NCBI GenBank assembly: GCA_016715865.1
Contig: JADJXM010000006.1
Coordinates: forward strand, 65,486 to 129,485
Reading direction: 5' to 3'
Origin: Acidobacteriota bacterium
Lineage (GTDB): Bacteria > Acidobacteriota > Blastocatellia > RBC074
DNA length: 64,000 bases
Each line of letters opens with the position of its first letter. Position 1 is the first letter of the stretch. Positions 43,501 through 60,267 of this stretch are shown piece by piece. The notes under the pieces were generated by a model that was given only the letters and a program-made list of their open reading frames with translations, searched no databases and was not told the DNA's origin. The translations under genes and the position numbers were made by a program.

Positions 43501-44338
43501 TCAAACAGAACGCAAGGTCAGTGACCGGACCTCGCTGCGCATCCGGTACAATTATGAACGGGCCTCGCTCTTCAATTTCGAGAACCTCCCGGAGACCGAG
43601 ATTACGCGCAACGAACGTGACGTCAGGCTGGGAATGTTTTCGATCGGCATCTCCCGCGATACACGCGACAGCGTGCTCAACCCGACACGGGGACAACTGG
43701 TCAGCGCCGACCACTCGCTGGCGGCGAATATCTTCGGTGGCAACGAATCATTCAACAAGTTTTTCGGCACCTATCAGCGATACCACACGCTATCGAACGG
43801 ATTCCCCCTGCTCGGTGCGACCACGCTCGCGTTTTCCGGTCGAATAGGACTGGCTCAGGTCTTTCGCGATGCCGATCGGAACAACGACGGAGAGATCAGC
43901 GAAAGTGAACAACGGCTCCCAATCAGCGAACGATTCTTCTCAGGCGGTGCAACCACGCTGCGCGGTTTCCGATTCGAAACCGCAGGCCCCCAGGGTGTGC
44001 TGGCTCCGCGTCCGGACAGGCCGGGCGAATTGCCGACCCTCATCCCGCTCGGCGGCGACGCGCTGGCGATCTTCAATTTCGAATTGCGTTACCCGATCAA
44101 TGAACGCTGGCGCCTGGTTCCCTTCTACGATCTGGGTAATGTCTTTCGCCGGATCAATGATTTCAAATTTCGCAACATGACTCACACGGTCGGCATCGGC
44201 ATCCGCATCAACACCCCGCTCGGACCAGTGGGACTTGATTACGGATTCCTGATCGATCCGCCGGCCTATCCTTATGGCGCCGCGATGCTTCGACAGCCCC
44301 GCGGAGCTTTTCATATCCGGTTAGGTCAAACCTTCTAA
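37589..44338 (+). CDS. Giant envelope protein fusing a TamB/AsmA-like (DUF490) periplasm-spanning module to POTRA domains and an Omp85 (TamA/BamA-type) beta-barrel
   Basis: N-terminal signal-anchor ([23 protein letters not shown]). About 1450 aa of repetitive beta-rich sequence ends in the DUF490 signature [27 protein letters not shown]-like repeats follow with no stop or signal peptide in between. The C-terminus has an Omp85 barrel with the loop-6 motif LRGFRF and terminal ...LGQTF. The ORF is open from 37205, and the likely start is Met 37589. Confidence 0.7.
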   Translation: MSHNPEDNSATPAPTRRRLRWLRPKRLVAALLIAVALLGLLGLGGWLYIRSENFNRFIADQIKNKLREYGLRGEIGGFGLALSQQTASLRDFKIYNEQNGKLLATIDAVRISFKIREPFAARLSREIGVNLAEIDGLKLNLEIDKDGRSSFEGLHTPPRKVRRLSFDTSKLKGMLTDSSVRFSDLRREIEIDLGGISATAAPLPDNSGVISVQFEGRGGRIERQQRTASIESLVIDCRVAESGLTIEKLTLDSDFAQASIKGGIETWSPVKYGFDFDARIKAEELTRVFLPDVEISGTATSKGRFEGEQTDYRFNGDVASSDLDVYGAQLRDLKFNRLRGSGRGDRFDFTCDRLSAGSTTIDKIIIGPASINQVKGDFRKMVLQTRSPSAQIGTVEWTESKLSNLMLNSMTADFDFHSGRFAYDVKTAANLQEGEITSVKFSNASAQAVFDKNGLGLTEIQADVLGGKAQGTFELPLGSGTISRATASYSELQARELISALLNAGQEKTATLVPLAGRVSGQAELTFKGADPQTLNGKISAHFAGATGESLDAIPINGDTSIDVTDGMFQVRDTQFTTDATRLNAEGTMAVVGDSDLKLSIVSTRAEQLIQIARSIESARPYITEYEPQMIGNFSFNGTLRGRTVETAGGEITGLTEELTLDGEIDAETVGLRDALLGAFSGSLYLSNEEIRVSRGLIKASNGGSLKFELQTPFDPNSSTGRLDAYIDRLELDSLLAAAGAPDSGQVVTGEVTGEVHLTELPATLRGTAQVRLINGMIANQPAEMAMADLRFDGKTALLNELAVRMRESSLSVQGSMNLDDYSFKVAGKADRIALSEIARELTDEGQENRVRVDGTADAEFTLSGRIIPGKQPDIDRENLEISLTARGRDVLINGRDAGKSALTVRTSPGGRIDFGVSSDLLLIEKPPDEAAHPEILRGNIELRKPGIPLQLESDLVNQELSPILELLAPDVKNLVRGTVSGKLRMEGPTQDAAGNATIEMMRGELTLTEASLFVADTPVTVNTPVSATLESMKIGIAPTRFTGEGIDLSVAGDFGLKGDAEMSLSLNGMINLNKLPLSGSDLSLNGNVSIDGTLKGSADNPVLGGKIDLEGVGLSSRDLPFFISDGKGSITLSGDQVVLNEFNADANDGTLKASGTMKIEGLKPKEWNYTILADNATLNYRDVSANIIGDLRLSGNMEGQTLAGTITIPQAEYAPDLDLDNLLTSGAEISLLGFGLAGGSDNIGGLPTIRLNLRVEAKDSLIVRNEQINAVGSALLNVTGSLTNPDLAGRIESEGGSVRFRGQRYEITIGTLDLPPGDASPLLNLVAESEYGGYRVTIGFIGPIDDIDLTLRSEPQLVRDEIIALITTGRTEAGTITSSDPLRTGVGTAASLLSSGLISRPTERLLGLSRFQIDPVIRPNANPAARLTVGQQLSRDVYLSYSTNLATEQDQTALAEYTISNRFSALASYTQGGSSTRQGLRENTFTIELRGRKRFSIGFSPDTLSAGGGVASTTDQIADFSRATLPAAEVKVDEVPDLKLNNKKLRELLPVMTQGFSRSLARLGEQRLREYLQEHGYFFAEVAYRCEPVTCSGGDLNLYYDIEPNAIYDLKDIRIEGTDLVKLKNIEDQLQSKTASDFGGIPFLKDLPLIGGYVRGLTSNDRLRSDAEIIRRTLVDIGYRKADVKSRLAVNANNDELVVVFEIDEGVQSEVAGLTLRGNSIITADELLEAVPIQEGEAFSISRALAGVQQIRGLYNDLGYLQATAELDLEDIDEDSVQLIYTVNEGARAVISEIEINGLTKTGKGWVRRYFDFKQGEILTPDKIRQTQRDLYATNAFREINILTDPIGGDDGSAHRILVNLTEAKPLLLVYGLGYSTDDGVRGLMEVANTNLAGSLDALSLRLRGSRREQFGQLSFTDLRPFGSRLPTTMSVFYNRNNNLVPIIRRRLVDGKEENVRDQSFGLNRFAAFIQTERKVSDRTSLRIRYNYERASLFNFENLPETEITRNERDVRLGMFSIGISRDTRDSVLNPTRGQLVSADHSLAANIFGGNESFNKFFGTYQRYHTLSNGFPLLGATTLAFSGRIGLAQVFRDADRNNDGEISESEQRLPISERFFSGGATTLRGFRFETAGPQGVLAPRPDRPGELPTLIPLGGDALAIFNFELRYPINERWRLVPFYDLGNVFRRINDFKFRNMTHTVGIGIRINTPLGPVGLDYGFLIDPPAYPYGAAMLRQPRGAFHIRLGQTF

Positions 44339-44385
44339 ATTTCATTCAAAACAGGCAGAATAAAGGAGACGTGTAAATAGTTTGT

Positions 44386-44518
44386 GGTTTCCAGTTTCCA
44401 GCATCCAGTTTTCAGAAGATTGCCCCTTTCTTTGCATGCGTTCTGAAAACATTGAACTGGAAGTTGCCCCGCAGGTATGTCAATCCTCCGGAAACCGGAA
44501 ACTGCAGACTGGAAACTT
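44386..44518. repeat. Hairpin element G3 (GTTTCCA-arm family, compound)
   Basis: ggtttccagtttccag ... ccggaaaccggaaactgcagactggaaac, with an inner inverted repeat ccagttttcagaa/ttctgaaaac. Confidence 0.65.
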
Positions 44519-44521
44519 TAT

Positions 44522-45067
44522 ATGGAGAAACCAGCAATGACCAAGTTCTGTACGCAATGTGGAGCGACCGTCAGCGATACTGCCAGATTCTGCAACAAGT
44601 GCGGGAACAAAATGTTGCCGACTCAACCGACGGAGACCTATCAACCGCCCGCGCCCCAGGCCGAGGAGATGCGCCAGGATCCATACCAGGTGCCGTATTC
44701 ACCCCCATATCCGGGTCCGGCGGGAAGCACCGATCTCAAGCCAAATATCGCAGGTATGCTCTGCTATCCGCTTTCGTTCATCACCGGGATCGTCTTTCTG
44801 ATTCTGACGCCGTATAACAAGGATTCGTTCGTGAGGTTCCACGCCTATCAGTCGATATTCTTCGGAGTGGCGATGTTCATTCTGAATATCCTGCTCGGAA
44901 TCGTGACGATCGTCACCCCGGGATTCCTTGACGGCCTGCTTTTTACCGGACTTCGGTTGCTGGCGCTGGGCGGAACCGGCTGGCTGATGTATCAGGCGTA
45001 TCTGGGTAATCATTTCAAATTGCCTGTGATTGGAGATATGGCCGAAAATCAGGCATCCAAACATTGA
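44522..45067 (+). CDS. Zinc-ribbon plus DUF4870-like multi-pass membrane protein
   Basis: CTQCG...CNKCG zinc ribbon, a Pro/Tyr-rich linker and three transmembrane helices. Confidence 0.5.
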   Translation: MEKPAMTKFCTQCGATVSDTARFCNKCGNKMLPTQPTETYQPPAPQAEEMRQDPYQVPYSPPYPGPAGSTDLKPNIAGMLCYPLSFITGIVFLILTPYNKDSFVRFHAYQSIFFGVAMFILNILLGIVTIVTPGFLDGLLFTGLRLLALGGTGWLMYQAYLGNHFKLPVIGDMAENQASKH

Positions 45068-45172
45068 TTGGATTGGGACCACATTCCCCGGAGTTGGCAT
45101 CATCCCGCTCAGGTGGTATTTTTATTACTGCAGAGCATTTCTGCACTGAATAAATAGCACCGGTGGAGAGTT

Positions 45173-45676
45173 ATGTTGTGGAAACCAATCATCGTTCTGC
45201 TTCTCGCGTTCCCGGCAGCGCAGGTTCACATGCGACAGGCCGGTAATCCGGCCTTGCCTGAGGACTTGAACGAAACGGAAATGCGCGCGATCCGGAAGGA
45301 ACAGAACCCGAAATCGCACGTCGCCGCCACAATCAAGATCTCTGCACAGAGAATTGACCGCGCCTACCAGATGATCGGGGAAGGCAATTTCCAGGCTGCA
45401 GCTCAAAACGTCGACACCTACACTTCATTGATCCGTTATGCAGACGATTACACGCGACAGATTCCCGAAACCAGGATCAAGGACAGAAACAACTGTCTTA
45501 AAAAGATCGAACAGGCGATCTTCAAAACATCACGGACTTTCGATGCCGTCATGCGTGGCCTGCCTTTCAACTATCGTGAAAGCACCGAAAGCGCAGTCGA
45601 AGAGATCAAGAAGATAAGGCTGCGCGCAATCAATGATCTGCTCGGCGGGGGAAAAGCCTTCGATACCGATAATTAA
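45173..45676 (+). CDS. Hypothetical secreted protein
   Basis: Signal peptide, with no recognisable family. Confidence 0.3.
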   Translation: MLWKPIIVLLLAFPAAQVHMRQAGNPALPEDLNETEMRAIRKEQNPKSHVAATIKISAQRIDRAYQMIGEGNFQAAAQNVDTYTSLIRYADDYTRQIPETRIKDRNNCLKKIEQAIFKTSRTFDAVMRGLPFNYRESTESAVEEIKKIRLRAINDLLGGGKAFDTDN

Positions 45677-46646
<970 letters not shown>

Positions 46647-46946
46647 TCGACGTATGAAATTAAGGCATATGAAAAAGCGCCTCCGCCATTACGTCAAAGG
46701 AGGTACGACAAGACTGGTCAGCCCTGAACTGGCCCGTCAGGATGACGTCTCCGCGGCGTTGGATGACGGAGTATTGCGTCAGAGAACCCGTGAGCTGCAA
46801 TTGCCGGAAGCGCTTGTCGAAGCGGGCGATACGAAACCTTCGCGCGTCCTGCCGGGACCTTTTATGACGACGATCCTCATCCTTGCGATCGTCTTCATCT
46901 CGATTATTGCGTGGTTCGTATCACGCATGCCTGATTAGCCGGTTAA

Positions 46947-47705
46947 TTGAAGGGATTCATCATGTGGAAAGCAGGATTTCAAGTCTTCTTTCTAGCCTTC
47001 ATACTATCTTCAATAGTGCCTGCGTATGCCCAGGATAAACCCGATCTCGAAAAACTGAAGGTATTAATAAAGGATAGGGACGCAGGAGTAAGGAAATCCG
47101 CCGTGGAAGATCTGGGCCGGAGCGAAGACCCGGCGGCTGTCGACATCATCCTGCCGGCGCTCGAAGACGGTGACGCCAATGTCAGGTCGGCGGCAGCGCT
47201 GGCGCTGGGCCAGACCGGAGCAGAAAAGGCCGTTGTTCCGCTGACGCGCCTGCTGCGCAGTTCGCACGCACGCGACCGCAAGATCGCAGCCGTGGCGCTC
47301 GGGATAATTGGCGGGGCCGAAGCTCGCCAGGCCTTGATCTCGGCACTATCTTCAACTTCGAACGAAGACCGCGAAAGCGCTGTCGCCGCTCTGGGCAATC
47401 TGGGCGATCCCGAAGCCTACACGGCAGTCGTCCGCATGCTGACAGACAGCCATACCTTTGTCAGATCGAGTGCGGCGGTTGCACTCGGCCGTTTAAGAGA
47501 TAAACGCGCCGTCGATCCGTTGATCGGCGCCCTCTCGGATCCCGATCCGGCTGTCCGGACCGGCGCAGCGCTGGCTCTTGGAGAGATCGGCGATAAACGG
47601 GCTGTCATTTTGCTCGAAAAACTCCTGACAACTGAAAAAAATGAAAACGTCAGGCAGCAGATCTCCGTCGCTCTCGAAATGCTCCGTGAAATTCCTGATC
47701 ACTGA
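46947..47705 (+). CDS. HEAT-repeat (PBS-lyase-type) protein, secreted
   Basis: Six or seven repeats of D/NxxVRxxAAxALGxIGDxxAVxxLxxLL. Confidence 0.7.
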   Translation: MKGFIMWKAGFQVFFLAFILSSIVPAYAQDKPDLEKLKVLIKDRDAGVRKSAVEDLGRSEDPAAVDIILPALEDGDANVRSAAALALGQTGAEKAVVPLTRLLRSSHARDRKIAAVALGIIGGAEARQALISALSSTSNEDRESAVAALGNLGDPEAYTAVVRMLTDSHTFVRSSAAVALGRLRDKRAVDPLIGALSDPDPAVRTGAALALGEIGDKRAVILLEKLLTTEKNENVRQQISVALEMLREIPDH

Positions 47706-47707
47706 GA

Positions 47708-47852
47708 TAGAGTTTCCAGTGGTAGTAGTTTCCAGTTTCCAGTATTCTGAATGGCGCACAGTTAATTTCAGAGAGCAAGGTTGTGACGGGTATTGAAAGC
47801 GGATATAGAGAAGCCACTGGAAACTGGAAACTTCTTCTTCCGGAAACTATTC
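47708..47852. repeat. Hairpin element G4 (GTTTCCA-arm family)
   Basis: gagtttccagtggtagtagtttccagtttccagta ... ccactggaaactggaaacttcttcttccggaaac. Confidence 0.7.
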
Positions 47853-47962
47853 CCCACCCTTCCCTTTCTTACTCTTGAGTATTACTATTTCCCATACCTG
47901 CAATGCTTTGCAGGCGTCAATTCAACTATTGGATTAAGAGTCATCAAACCAAGGAGTGCCCC

Positions 47963-48577
47963 ATGCGAAGCTTGTTGTTTGTGACATTGCTTCTTCTTCT
48001 CTGCGTACCCGTATTCGCGCAGGATACTCCGAGAGTGGAACTATTCACCGGATACTCACTGCTCAGAACTGACGATCAGACGATCGACCTGAATCAGTTC
48101 GGGCTGACTGGCGCCGCAACACGTGATGCGACAACGCTTCACGGATGGAATGCAACACTCGGTCTCAATTTTTCAGGCATCTTCGGCATTGTGGTTGATG
48201 GTGCCGGTGGATATGGAAAGATCGATTATTCACTTTCAGCCCCGGGTTTGTCGGGGTCAGTCGGGATCAAGACCCGACTGCATACGATCATGATCGGCCC
48301 GCAAATCAACCTGCGCGGCGAAGAGATTCTATTCTTCGTCCGGGCGATGGGCGGCGTAGCCCGAATCGATCAGTCGTTCGATGTCGCAGGCCAGAAAGTC
48401 TCATTCCACGAGACCGCCTTTGCCGGGGCGGCCGGCCTCGGCCTCGATTTCAAATTGTCGGATTCCGTCTGGCTGCGGCTGCTGCAGGGTGATTACGTTG
48501 TCACGCGGTTCAAAGAGGGTGTTTCAGATAAAAATCAGAGGAGCATTCGAATTTCAACCGGCCTGGTCTTTCGTTGA
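47963..48577 (+). CDS. Outer-membrane beta-barrel protein (OmpA-like transmembrane domain/porin family)
   Basis: Signal peptide, alternating amphipathic strands and a C-terminal ...STGLVFR. Confidence 0.5.
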   Translation: MRSLLFVTLLLLLCVPVFAQDTPRVELFTGYSLLRTDDQTIDLNQFGLTGAATRDATTLHGWNATLGLNFSGIFGIVVDGAGGYGKIDYSLSAPGLSGSVGIKTRLHTIMIGPQINLRGEEILFFVRAMGGVARIDQSFDVAGQKVSFHETAFAGAAGLGLDFKLSDSVWLRLLQGDYVVTRFKEGVSDKNQRSIRISTGLVFR

Positions 48578-48711
48578 TCGTGGCCCGTCCATACTCGGAA
48601 AAATAATTGGCGCGAGCAGCTCACGCTTCTGCTCGCGCCTTAATTTTTGGAGAATATCGATGCACCTGTATAGACGATGTGAGATCGTTTTTTTTGCCCG
48701 AATAGAAAAAA

Positions 48712-48920
48712 TAATCGCAAATCGCAAAGGAGCAAAGGAGCAAAGGAGCAAAGATTTTAAATCGCAGGCCGCAAAGCGGCAAAGAATTTTTGGTGATATG
48801 AATATCCGGATTATTGCCGACCGGATATAATTCGAACACTGATCTTCCTTATATATCTTTGCCGCTTTGCGGCCTTTGCGATTTAAAATCTTTGCTCCTT
48901 TGTGACCTTTGCGATTAAAT
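48712..48920. repeat. Element K2: second copy of the conserved core with (GCAAAGGA)x3 arms
   Basis: See K1. The arms aatcgcaaaggagcaaaggagcaaaggagcaaagattttaaatcgca... are mirrored by ...tgcgatttaaaatctttgctcctttgtgacctttgcgatt. Confidence 0.7.
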
Positions 48921-48965
48921 AGTTAAAAGAATTAATTTACACAGTAGTGTAAGGCCCTGCAAATA

Positions 48966-51335
48966 TCATTTGAAAATAAACCGCAGCCGGCCGCCGGCCA
49001 TACGCGGATGGCCGAAGTGAGTCCCCTCGAATGGATTGCCGAAATTGTAAGCGAAGGGCCGATCAGCAAGGTTCTGAAGATCGAGCTGCGCGCTGACGGT
49101 GACTCGATCCCTTGAGATCAGTTCGATTCCGGCCGAAAGATCGAAGACATACCATGGTTTGACGCGCGCGCGATCGAAATCGACCAGTTCTGCTCCGCGC
49201 TCCTCCATGAGATCTTCCAGCCTGTCCTCTTCGACCTCGAGCGGGACTCCGCTTTCATATCGTCCCGAGAGAGACGCCCACCATTTGCCGCGCTGATAGC
49301 TGAGTCCGAAGGCTCCGACGTTGCGCTGATCGTGATCGGGCAAAAACTTCGTTCCGGGCCCGATCTCGATCGCTTCATCCGTCAGGAACAATCCGCCGTT
49401 GATCGGTCCCGTCTGCAGTATTCTGCCGTTGGTGTAGCTGATAAACGACGACCATCCTTTGTATATCGGTATATCCAGCCGGACATCCAGACCGCGCGCA
49501 AACCCTTTTGCGACGCTGTTCGGGAAAGCTATGGTCGTGCCAAAAAAGACATTAGGATCGTCGAAATTGCGAAAATTGCGGTGCCAGAATGCAACATCCA
49601 GCCTGACCAATCCGGCTAAATCCTGGGCAAATCCGACTTCATAAGCCGAGACGCTTTCGGGATGAATTTCGGCCCCTCCGGGATTGCCTTCGGCGAAGGG
49701 TGAGAGCTGCCGCGCCTCAACCGAGTTGGAAAGCAGCAGATTCTCGACCTGGGGTGGCATAAACATCCGGTTGAAAGAGGCGCGCAGAACCGTGTGAGTC
49801 CGCACAATGGTCCAGGCTGCGCCGATGCGCGGGCTGAGCTGATCGTCTGTGACCGGCATCGTCGATCGATCGTATCGGAGACCGGCATTCACCCTCAGAT
49901 TTTTGGTCGGATTGAACGTATCCTGAATATACCAGGAGAACCATGTCCCGTTCTGACTGCCGCGAAAGATGAAAGGATTTTCCGGGGTGAATGCAAGAGC
50001 CGCATCGCTGACTTCCAGCTCGTCGGCCTCCTCCGGATCGGTCACGGCGAAGGTGAAGAATTCACGCGGAGTCACGCGCGCGGCCTCGATACCTGATTTG
50101 ATCGTGTGCGAGCCCTTGCCGATGGTCAGGCCGGCCAGAAATCCCTGCCGGGCATGCCGTCGATCCTGTGTCGCATTGATCGGCGTATCGAACTCGCTGC
50201 CGATCAATTTCGACTCATAAGATCGACGAAACCATGCGACATTGCTGACCGCGTTCGCCGACCAGACATGCTGCCAGCTGACAGATTGACCCTGATCGCG
50301 CAGCCGCTGCTCCTGATCCTGACCGGCGAGCTGCTGTTTCAGCCGATTTGTGACATGAAAATCGGCGCCGTTGGCGGCAATGTCGATCAGCAGGATGTCC
50401 TTCTCAGTCGGGTGCCAGTCTGCGCGGGCATTGAGCTTGCCCGTCCCTCCGCGGTTGTTGAAATTCCCCAGATCGATCGGATCCAGAAACCGGTCCGAAA
50501 TGCTGGTCGATCCATTGAAATAGACCCCGAAGGTGCGATGCAACTTTCCGCCGGCATTGGCCGCCAGTTCGCGGGCATGGAAACTTCCCATCCCCAGACT
50601 GGCTCCTCCGGCGAATGACTGGTCGATGCCCGATTGCGGCTGTATCTGAACCACAGCGCCCGACCTGCCGCCGAACTCCGCAGGGATATTGCCTGTAATT
50701 ATGTTGAGCGAGCGGATCATTTCGGTGTCGAAACTGCCGGCCGAGACCGCGTCGATCCGGTCAACCGTTGGAATGCCATCGATGACATAAAGTATCCCGT
50801 CATCGACCCCGCGAATATGCAGTAATCCGTTGTTTTGAGTCGTAAAACCCGGCGTCGTCGCAATCAGCCGTTGCAGCGCCAGACTCTTCGTCGCTCCAGG
50901 TGCGCGACGGATGAGAGATTGGGACAATTGTGTCTGTGTGCTGGTCGAATCAGGATTGATCAGCGCCTGTTGCTCAACTGTCGTCACCTGCTCAGTGATC
51001 GCCGCAGGACTCATCCTGAATTCCACGATCCGCTCGATGTTAGAGTTGACTGCGATCTGCCTGGTTTCCGATCTGAAGCCGGCGGCATTCACCTGCAGCG
51101 AATATCCGTTAAACGTTACATTGTTGAAGACGAACTCCCCTGATTGTCCACTCAAGGTTACAAACCGATCTCCCGTCAACGGATTCAAAAGCTCGACCTG
51201 AGCGCCGGCCAGCCTGGCTCCTGACGCATCCATGACCGCACCTCGAACCGTGCCGATCTGAATCTGACCCGCTGCTTCGATCGATAAAAATATAGGAAAA
51301 AGACAGAGCATCAATCTGTAAATCCACTTATGCAT
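48966..51335 (-). CDS. TonB-dependent receptor with N-terminal carboxypeptidase-regulatory-like domain
   Basis: Signal peptide, a CarboxypepD_reg-like N-domain, a plug and a barrel whose C-terminus is ...RLRFIFK. Confidence 0.8.
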   Translation of the reverse strand: MHKWIYRLMLCLFPIFLSIEAAGQIQIGTVRGAVMDASGARLAGAQVELLNPLTGDRFVTLSGQSGEFVFNNVTFNGYSLQVNAAGFRSETRQIAVNSNIERIVEFRMSPAAITEQVTTVEQQALINPDSTSTQTQLSQSLIRRAPGATKSLALQRLIATTPGFTTQNNGLLHIRGVDDGILYVIDGIPTVDRIDAVSAGSFDTEMIRSLNIITGNIPAEFGGRSGAVVQIQPQSGIDQSFAGGASLGMGSFHARELAANAGGKLHRTFGVYFNGSTSISDRFLDPIDLGNFNNRGGTGKLNARADWHPTEKDILLIDIAANGADFHVTNRLKQQLAGQDQEQRLRDQGQSVSWQHVWSANAVSNVAWFRRSYESKLIGSEFDTPINATQDRRHARQGFLAGLTIGKGSHTIKSGIEAARVTPREFFTFAVTDPEEADELEVSDAALAFTPENPFIFRGSQNGTWFSWYIQDTFNPTKNLRVNAGLRYDRSTMPVTDDQLSPRIGAAWTIVRTHTVLRASFNRMFMPPQVENLLLSNSVEARQLSPFAEGNPGGAEIHPESVSAYEVGFAQDLAGLVRLDVAFWHRNFRNFDDPNVFFGTTIAFPNSVAKGFARGLDVRLDIPIYKGWSSFISYTNGRILQTGPINGGLFLTDEAIEIGPGTKFLPDHDQRNVGAFGLSYQRGKWWASLSGRYESGVPLEVEEDRLEDLMEERGAELVDFDRARVKPWYVFDLSAGIELISRDRVTVSAQLDLQNLADRPFAYNFGNPFEGTHFGHPRMAGGRLRFIFK

Positions 51336-51679
51336 TTCCAAACTCCTCGCTTAGGTCAATTTCAGCCGATCAACAATCTGCTCGGCATTTTTTTATTCGA
51401 CTCGTTGTTGATCCAGGAAATAGACGGAACGGTTATCGACAATATATCCGTTTTTCAACGGAGGGAAAAGGTTGAAGTTTCCAGAGAGAGAGAAGTGCCA
51501 GCAAGAGAGGGGAAAAAAGGACTCGGCCTCAATCCACTGAAACTGGATCTTGAACTTCTCTCCGAAACTTCTCTCGAAATTCGTGTACACTTGAACTCAT
51601 CGCGACATCAGATCGCCGCTGATTACATATGCGGAATCTGAATTGATTCCAATCTCTACCGATAATTGAGGACGCCCGA

Positions 51680-52285
51680 ATGAAACGACGACGTTTTATA
51701 CAGACTCTCGCGGCGGCGCCGGCACTGGCAGTGCCTGCAACGTCAACGGCAGATGCGCAGCAAACTGGCGGCCCGGGTGGCGCCCAACGACCTCAGGCTA
51801 ATGCGCCGAATCTCGAAATATCGCCGCCTGATGCTGCGGCCGAGACGATGCCTCGATTTTTTACGGCTTTGCAATTCTCAGCGCTCCGCCGGCTGAGCGA
51901 CATCCTTATGCCTCCGCTTAACGGGCTGCCAGGCGCGCTCGATGCAGGGGCTCCCGAATTCCTGGATTTTCTGATCGGCGCTTCGCCGGCTGAGAGACAG
52001 CAGGTATACAAAGTTGGACTGGATACATTGAACGCACAGTCACGCAGAAGGTTCGGCAAGTCGTATGCCGACATCACAGCTGATCAGGCTGTCGAGCTTC
52101 TGGCGCCGCTCAAACGCCCGTGGACCTATGATCCGCCGGCTGATCCGCTTGAACGTTTCCTGAAAGATGCCCGGCAGGACGTCAGAACGGCAACAACCAA
52201 TTCGCAAGAATACGCCACCGCCGAAACGCCCGGAGGCGGCCGTCGCCGCGGAGGCGTCGGACAATACTGGTACCCGATCGATTGA
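51680..52285 (+). CDS. Gluconate 2-dehydrogenase subunit-3-family small subunit (Tat-exported)
   Basis: Twin-arginine signal [20 protein letters not shown]. Sits immediately upstream of the GMC large subunit. Confidence 0.65.
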   Translation: MKRRRFIQTLAAAPALAVPATSTADAQQTGGPGGAQRPQANAPNLEISPPDAAAETMPRFFTALQFSALRRLSDILMPPLNGLPGALDAGAPEFLDFLIGASPAERQQVYKVGLDTLNAQSRRRFGKSYADITADQAVELLAPLKRPWTYDPPADPLERFLKDARQDVRTATTNSQEYATAETPGGGRRRGGVGQYWYPID

Positions 52286-52327
52286 AGAACCGCAAGCGTC
52301 TGCGCGCGGCCTAACGTCACATAAAAA

Positions 52328-53899
52328 ATGATAAACACAGAATATGATGTCCTGATCATCGGCTCCGGAGCATCCGGCGGTATGGCCGCTTACACGCTGA
52401 CGCAAAAAGGGGTCAAGTGCCTGCTGCTCGAAGCCGGTCCGTCGATCGACTTTCAGCGACAGCGAGGGCTGAAACCCGTCTACGAACTACCATATCGCGG
52501 CTTCGGCAAACCCGGCCGACTTTCCCACGTCCTGCAGGCCAACGAATTCAACGCAAATCAGTGGGTTGACGAAGCGGAGGCGCCATACACTCACGATCCC
52601 AGAGAACCGTACAACTGGGTGCGAGTGCGTATGATCGGAGGCAAATCGCTCTTCTGGGCGAGGATGTCCTATCGTCTGAGCGATTACGAGTTCAAGGCCA
52701 AAGACCATGACGGATTTGGCGACAACTGGCCGATCAGCTATGCCGATCTGGCTCCGTTTTACGATCGCGTCGAACCGATCTTCCGCGTCTCAGGCCGCAA
52801 GGAAGGGCTGGCCCAGCTTCCGGACGGAAACTTCGTCGACGACACTTCACCTGATGCGGGGGCACTGAAACGATTTGGCGCGGCCGGACAATCTCGCGGG
52901 ATGACCGTGACCAAGATCCGCCGCTCGCTTGGGGATGGACAATTCGCCAGCTCTTACAACCTGCTGCTGCCTCCGGCTCAGGCGACCGGCAATCTGACAA
53001 TCGTTTCAAACGCCGTGGTCCGTGAAATCACGACCGACAAAAAGACGGGCCTTGCCAATGGCGTAAATTTCGTCGACCGTCAGTCAGGCCGCGAATTGCA
53101 TGCCAGGGCGAAGGTGATCGTACTTGGAGCGTCCTGCCTCGAGAGCACACGCATTCTGCTCAATTCAAAGATCGCCAACTCAAGCGGAGTGCTCGGTCGC
53201 TACCTGCATGATCAGTTCTACATTTCAAACGGAGTTATCGCCATCGTTCCGGAAGCGAAGGACGGCAAAGCGCCACGCGGGTTGATGGGCGGCGCCGGAT
53301 ACGTACCGCGCTTCAGAAACATGAAGACGAAAGAGAAGAACTTTCTGCGCGGTTACGCATTCGACATTTACACTGGCGGAACGCCCGACGCGAAATACTA
53401 TCCGTCCTGGGGCGAAGAGCTGAACAGGATGATCGAGAGCCACCGCGGAGCCTCGATCGGCACGACAATCATGGGCGAAGTGCTGCCGCGATACGAAAAC
53501 CACGTCCGGCTGGATCCGAAAGTCAGGGACGCGTGGGGAATCCCGGTGCTCAACTTCCAGTGCCGCTACACCGACAACGAATTCAACATGGCAAAGGACG
53601 CCGTGACGACGATCAGCGAGGTCTGCGCCGAGGCGGGTTTCGAAGTGCTCAACGGCAATGACAAGATGTTCCCGCCTGGTTACAGCATCCACGAACTCGG
53701 CACCTGCCGCATGGGCGCTAATCCGAAAACCAGCGTCCTCAATAAGTGGAATCAATGCCACGATGTCAAAAATCTGTTCGTCGTCGATGGCAGCAGCTTC
53801 GTCACCGGCGGAACACAGAATCCTACGCTGACGATCATGTCCCTCTCGATGCGCGCGTCGGAATATCTGGCCGAGCAGTTGCGCAAAGGAGATTTGTGA
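52328..53899 (+). CDS. GMC family FAD-dependent oxidoreductase (dehydrogenase large subunit)
   Basis: [13 protein letters not shown]...LLEAG and a C-terminal GMC motif. Paralog of the gene at 519. Confidence 0.85.
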   Translation: MINTEYDVLIIGSGASGGMAAYTLTQKGVKCLLLEAGPSIDFQRQRGLKPVYELPYRGFGKPGRLSHVLQANEFNANQWVDEAEAPYTHDPREPYNWVRVRMIGGKSLFWARMSYRLSDYEFKAKDHDGFGDNWPISYADLAPFYDRVEPIFRVSGRKEGLAQLPDGNFVDDTSPDAGALKRFGAAGQSRGMTVTKIRRSLGDGQFASSYNLLLPPAQATGNLTIVSNAVVREITTDKKTGLANGVNFVDRQSGRELHARAKVIVLGASCLESTRILLNSKIANSSGVLGRYLHDQFYISNGVIAIVPEAKDGKAPRGLMGGAGYVPRFRNMKTKEKNFLRGYAFDIYTGGTPDAKYYPSWGEELNRMIESHRGASIGTTIMGEVLPRYENHVRLDPKVRDAWGIPVLNFQCRYTDNEFNMAKDAVTTISEVCAEAGFEVLNGNDKMFPPGYSIHELGTCRMGANPKTSVLNKWNQCHDVKNLFVVDGSSFVTGGTQNPTLTIMSLSMRASEYLAEQLRKGDL

Positions 53900-53903
53900 A
53901 ACA

Positions 53904-54440
53904 GTGAAAAGCGTGAATAGAACATCCGCCAGATTTCGGCACGCCGTGACCATCATTCTGTTCGCGAGCGCATCGATCTGGGTATCATCGACCGGCAGGA
54001 CACAGGAACCTCTCGAGGGGCCTGAACAACCGATCCCCTACAGCCATAAACTGCATGCCGGAAAGATGAATCTGGAATGCAAAAAGTGCCATCCCAATCC
54101 CGATCCCGGAGAGAAGATGACAATTCCGGCGACGGCCGTCTGTATGGAATGCCACGCTGTGATCAAGACCGATAGCCCGGCGATACAGAAGCTGGCGTCA
54201 TTCGCCGAAAGCAACCGCGATATTCGATGGGTGCGCATTTACGAAATTCCGAGCTTCGTCCGTTTCAGCCATCGCGCGCACCTGGAAGCTGAGAGCACCT
54301 GCGCTGACTGCCACGGGCCTGTCAAGGAACGCGTCCGGCTGCACCGCGAAGCCGACATCTCGATGAAAGGCTGCATGGATTGCCATATGGCGAAGAGCGC
54401 CAGCACTGACTGCACCTTTTGCCATGAAAATATGAATTGA
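53904..54440 (+). CDS. Multiheme c-type cytochrome (5 CxxCH)
   Basis: CKKCH, CMECH, CADCH, CMDCH and CTFCH. N-terminal anchor or signal sequence. Confidence 0.7.
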   Translation: MKSVNRTSARFRHAVTIILFASASIWVSSTGRTQEPLEGPEQPIPYSHKLHAGKMNLECKKCHPNPDPGEKMTIPATAVCMECHAVIKTDSPAIQKLASFAESNRDIRWVRIYEIPSFVRFSHRAHLEAESTCADCHGPVKERVRLHREADISMKGCMDCHMAKSASTDCTFCHENMN

Positions 54441-54452
54441 GAGGATCTAACC

Positions 54453-55295
<843 letters not shown>

Positions 55296-55318
55296 GAAAC
55301 GATAAAGGAGTCCCTACC

Positions 55319-56677
<1,359 letters not shown>

Positions 56678-56724
56678 AACTGGAACGCCAACCTCCGGTC
56701 GGCATGCTTACACAATATTGATAA

Positions 56725-59184
<2,460 letters not shown>

Positions 59185-59356
59185 TCGACCTTCAATCATT
59201 GGAATGGAATACAGATTATTTTAATAGCCTTCCCGGGACGAAAGAAAAAGCGTCTGCTCAGCAAGGTCCAATGGCTTTGAAACTGGTTCACCTGATCGAG
59301 CGGGGTTAAGATAGTCTGGATATTTCCCAAACTTCAACGATCGTGCGGAGGTGCGT

Positions 59357-59914
59357 ATGAGATTTATCAACCTGTCCACTTTGATTGCACTAGCAGTGGC
59401 TGTATTTCACTTACAGTCTCCTCAAGCCCCTCAGGTCGCTGATAAAAACGCTCCTTCTAAAATCACCATCGTCAGTAAAGATGAACCTGGTGAACGCCTG
59501 ATCGTTTCGGGCAGGGTCTTCGGGCCGGACGGCAAATCGCCACTCGCAGGCGTTTCGATCTATGTCTATCAGACCGATGCCAAAGGGCTCTACACTCCCG
59601 AAACCAATGACAACCGCAATCCTCGCCTGCGCGGCTATCTGCGCACTGACGAGCAGGGCCGCTACGAATTCAGCACTATCAAACCGGCAGCCTACCCTGG
59701 CCAGTCTCCGCCACCCGCACACATTCACTACGTCGTCAACGCGCAGAATCACAGTCAGAAGATCTTCGAGATAGTCTTCGAAGGCGACCCTTTGATAAGC
59801 CAGCGCATTCGCGAAAACGCCGCAAGGCAAGGCAGCCCCTTCTCGATGCGTCCGCTCACTCGCGATCAGCAGGGCGTGTGGCGCTGCACGCAGGACATCA
59901 TCATGCAGCGTTAG
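59357..59914 (+). CDS. Intradiol ring-cleavage dioxygenase-like protein
   Basis: [28 protein letters not shown]...PAHIHY motif pattern and a signal peptide. Confidence 0.5.
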   Translation: MRFINLSTLIALAVAVFHLQSPQAPQVADKNAPSKITIVSKDEPGERLIVSGRVFGPDGKSPLAGVSIYVYQTDAKGLYTPETNDNRNPRLRGYLRTDEQGRYEFSTIKPAAYPGQSPPPAHIHYVVNAQNHSQKIFEIVFEGDPLISQRIRENAARQGSPFSMRPLTRDQQGVWRCTQDIIMQR

Positions 59915-59939
59915 CTCGTGTGCTGGCCGGAACTGCGAT

Positions 59940-60183
59940 CCTCGATCAATCCATTTCAGCCCTGGGCATATCGGACTCCGAGGGTCAATCGGGATTTGCC
60001 TTCGGCGCCGGCGGAGGATTCGACGTCAAGATCAATGACCAGATCTCGTGGCGAGCTGTTCAGGCTGACTATATCTGGATGAGGTTAGGTGAGCCCAAAT
60101 TGATCATGAACGGGCAGAAGCTGAATGATGCGACTTCGATCAATACCTTTCGAATCTCATCAGGTTTTGTCTTCCGGGATTAA
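59940..60183 (+). pseudogene. Remnant: C-terminal roughly 80 aa of an OmpA-like beta-barrel protein, paralogous to 47963..48577
   Basis: FAFGAGGGFDVKINDQISWRAVQADYIWMRL...FRISSGFVFRD parallels [29 protein letters not shown]...[10 protein letters not shown]. No N-terminal portion is present. Confidence 0.4.
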
Positions 60184-60267
60184 TCCGGGCAGCAGTGTCG
60201 AACCAAAACAGGTCGAAAATTCCGCAATTCAACGATTAGTGGCGAGCGAAGTGATTTGAATGACCGC

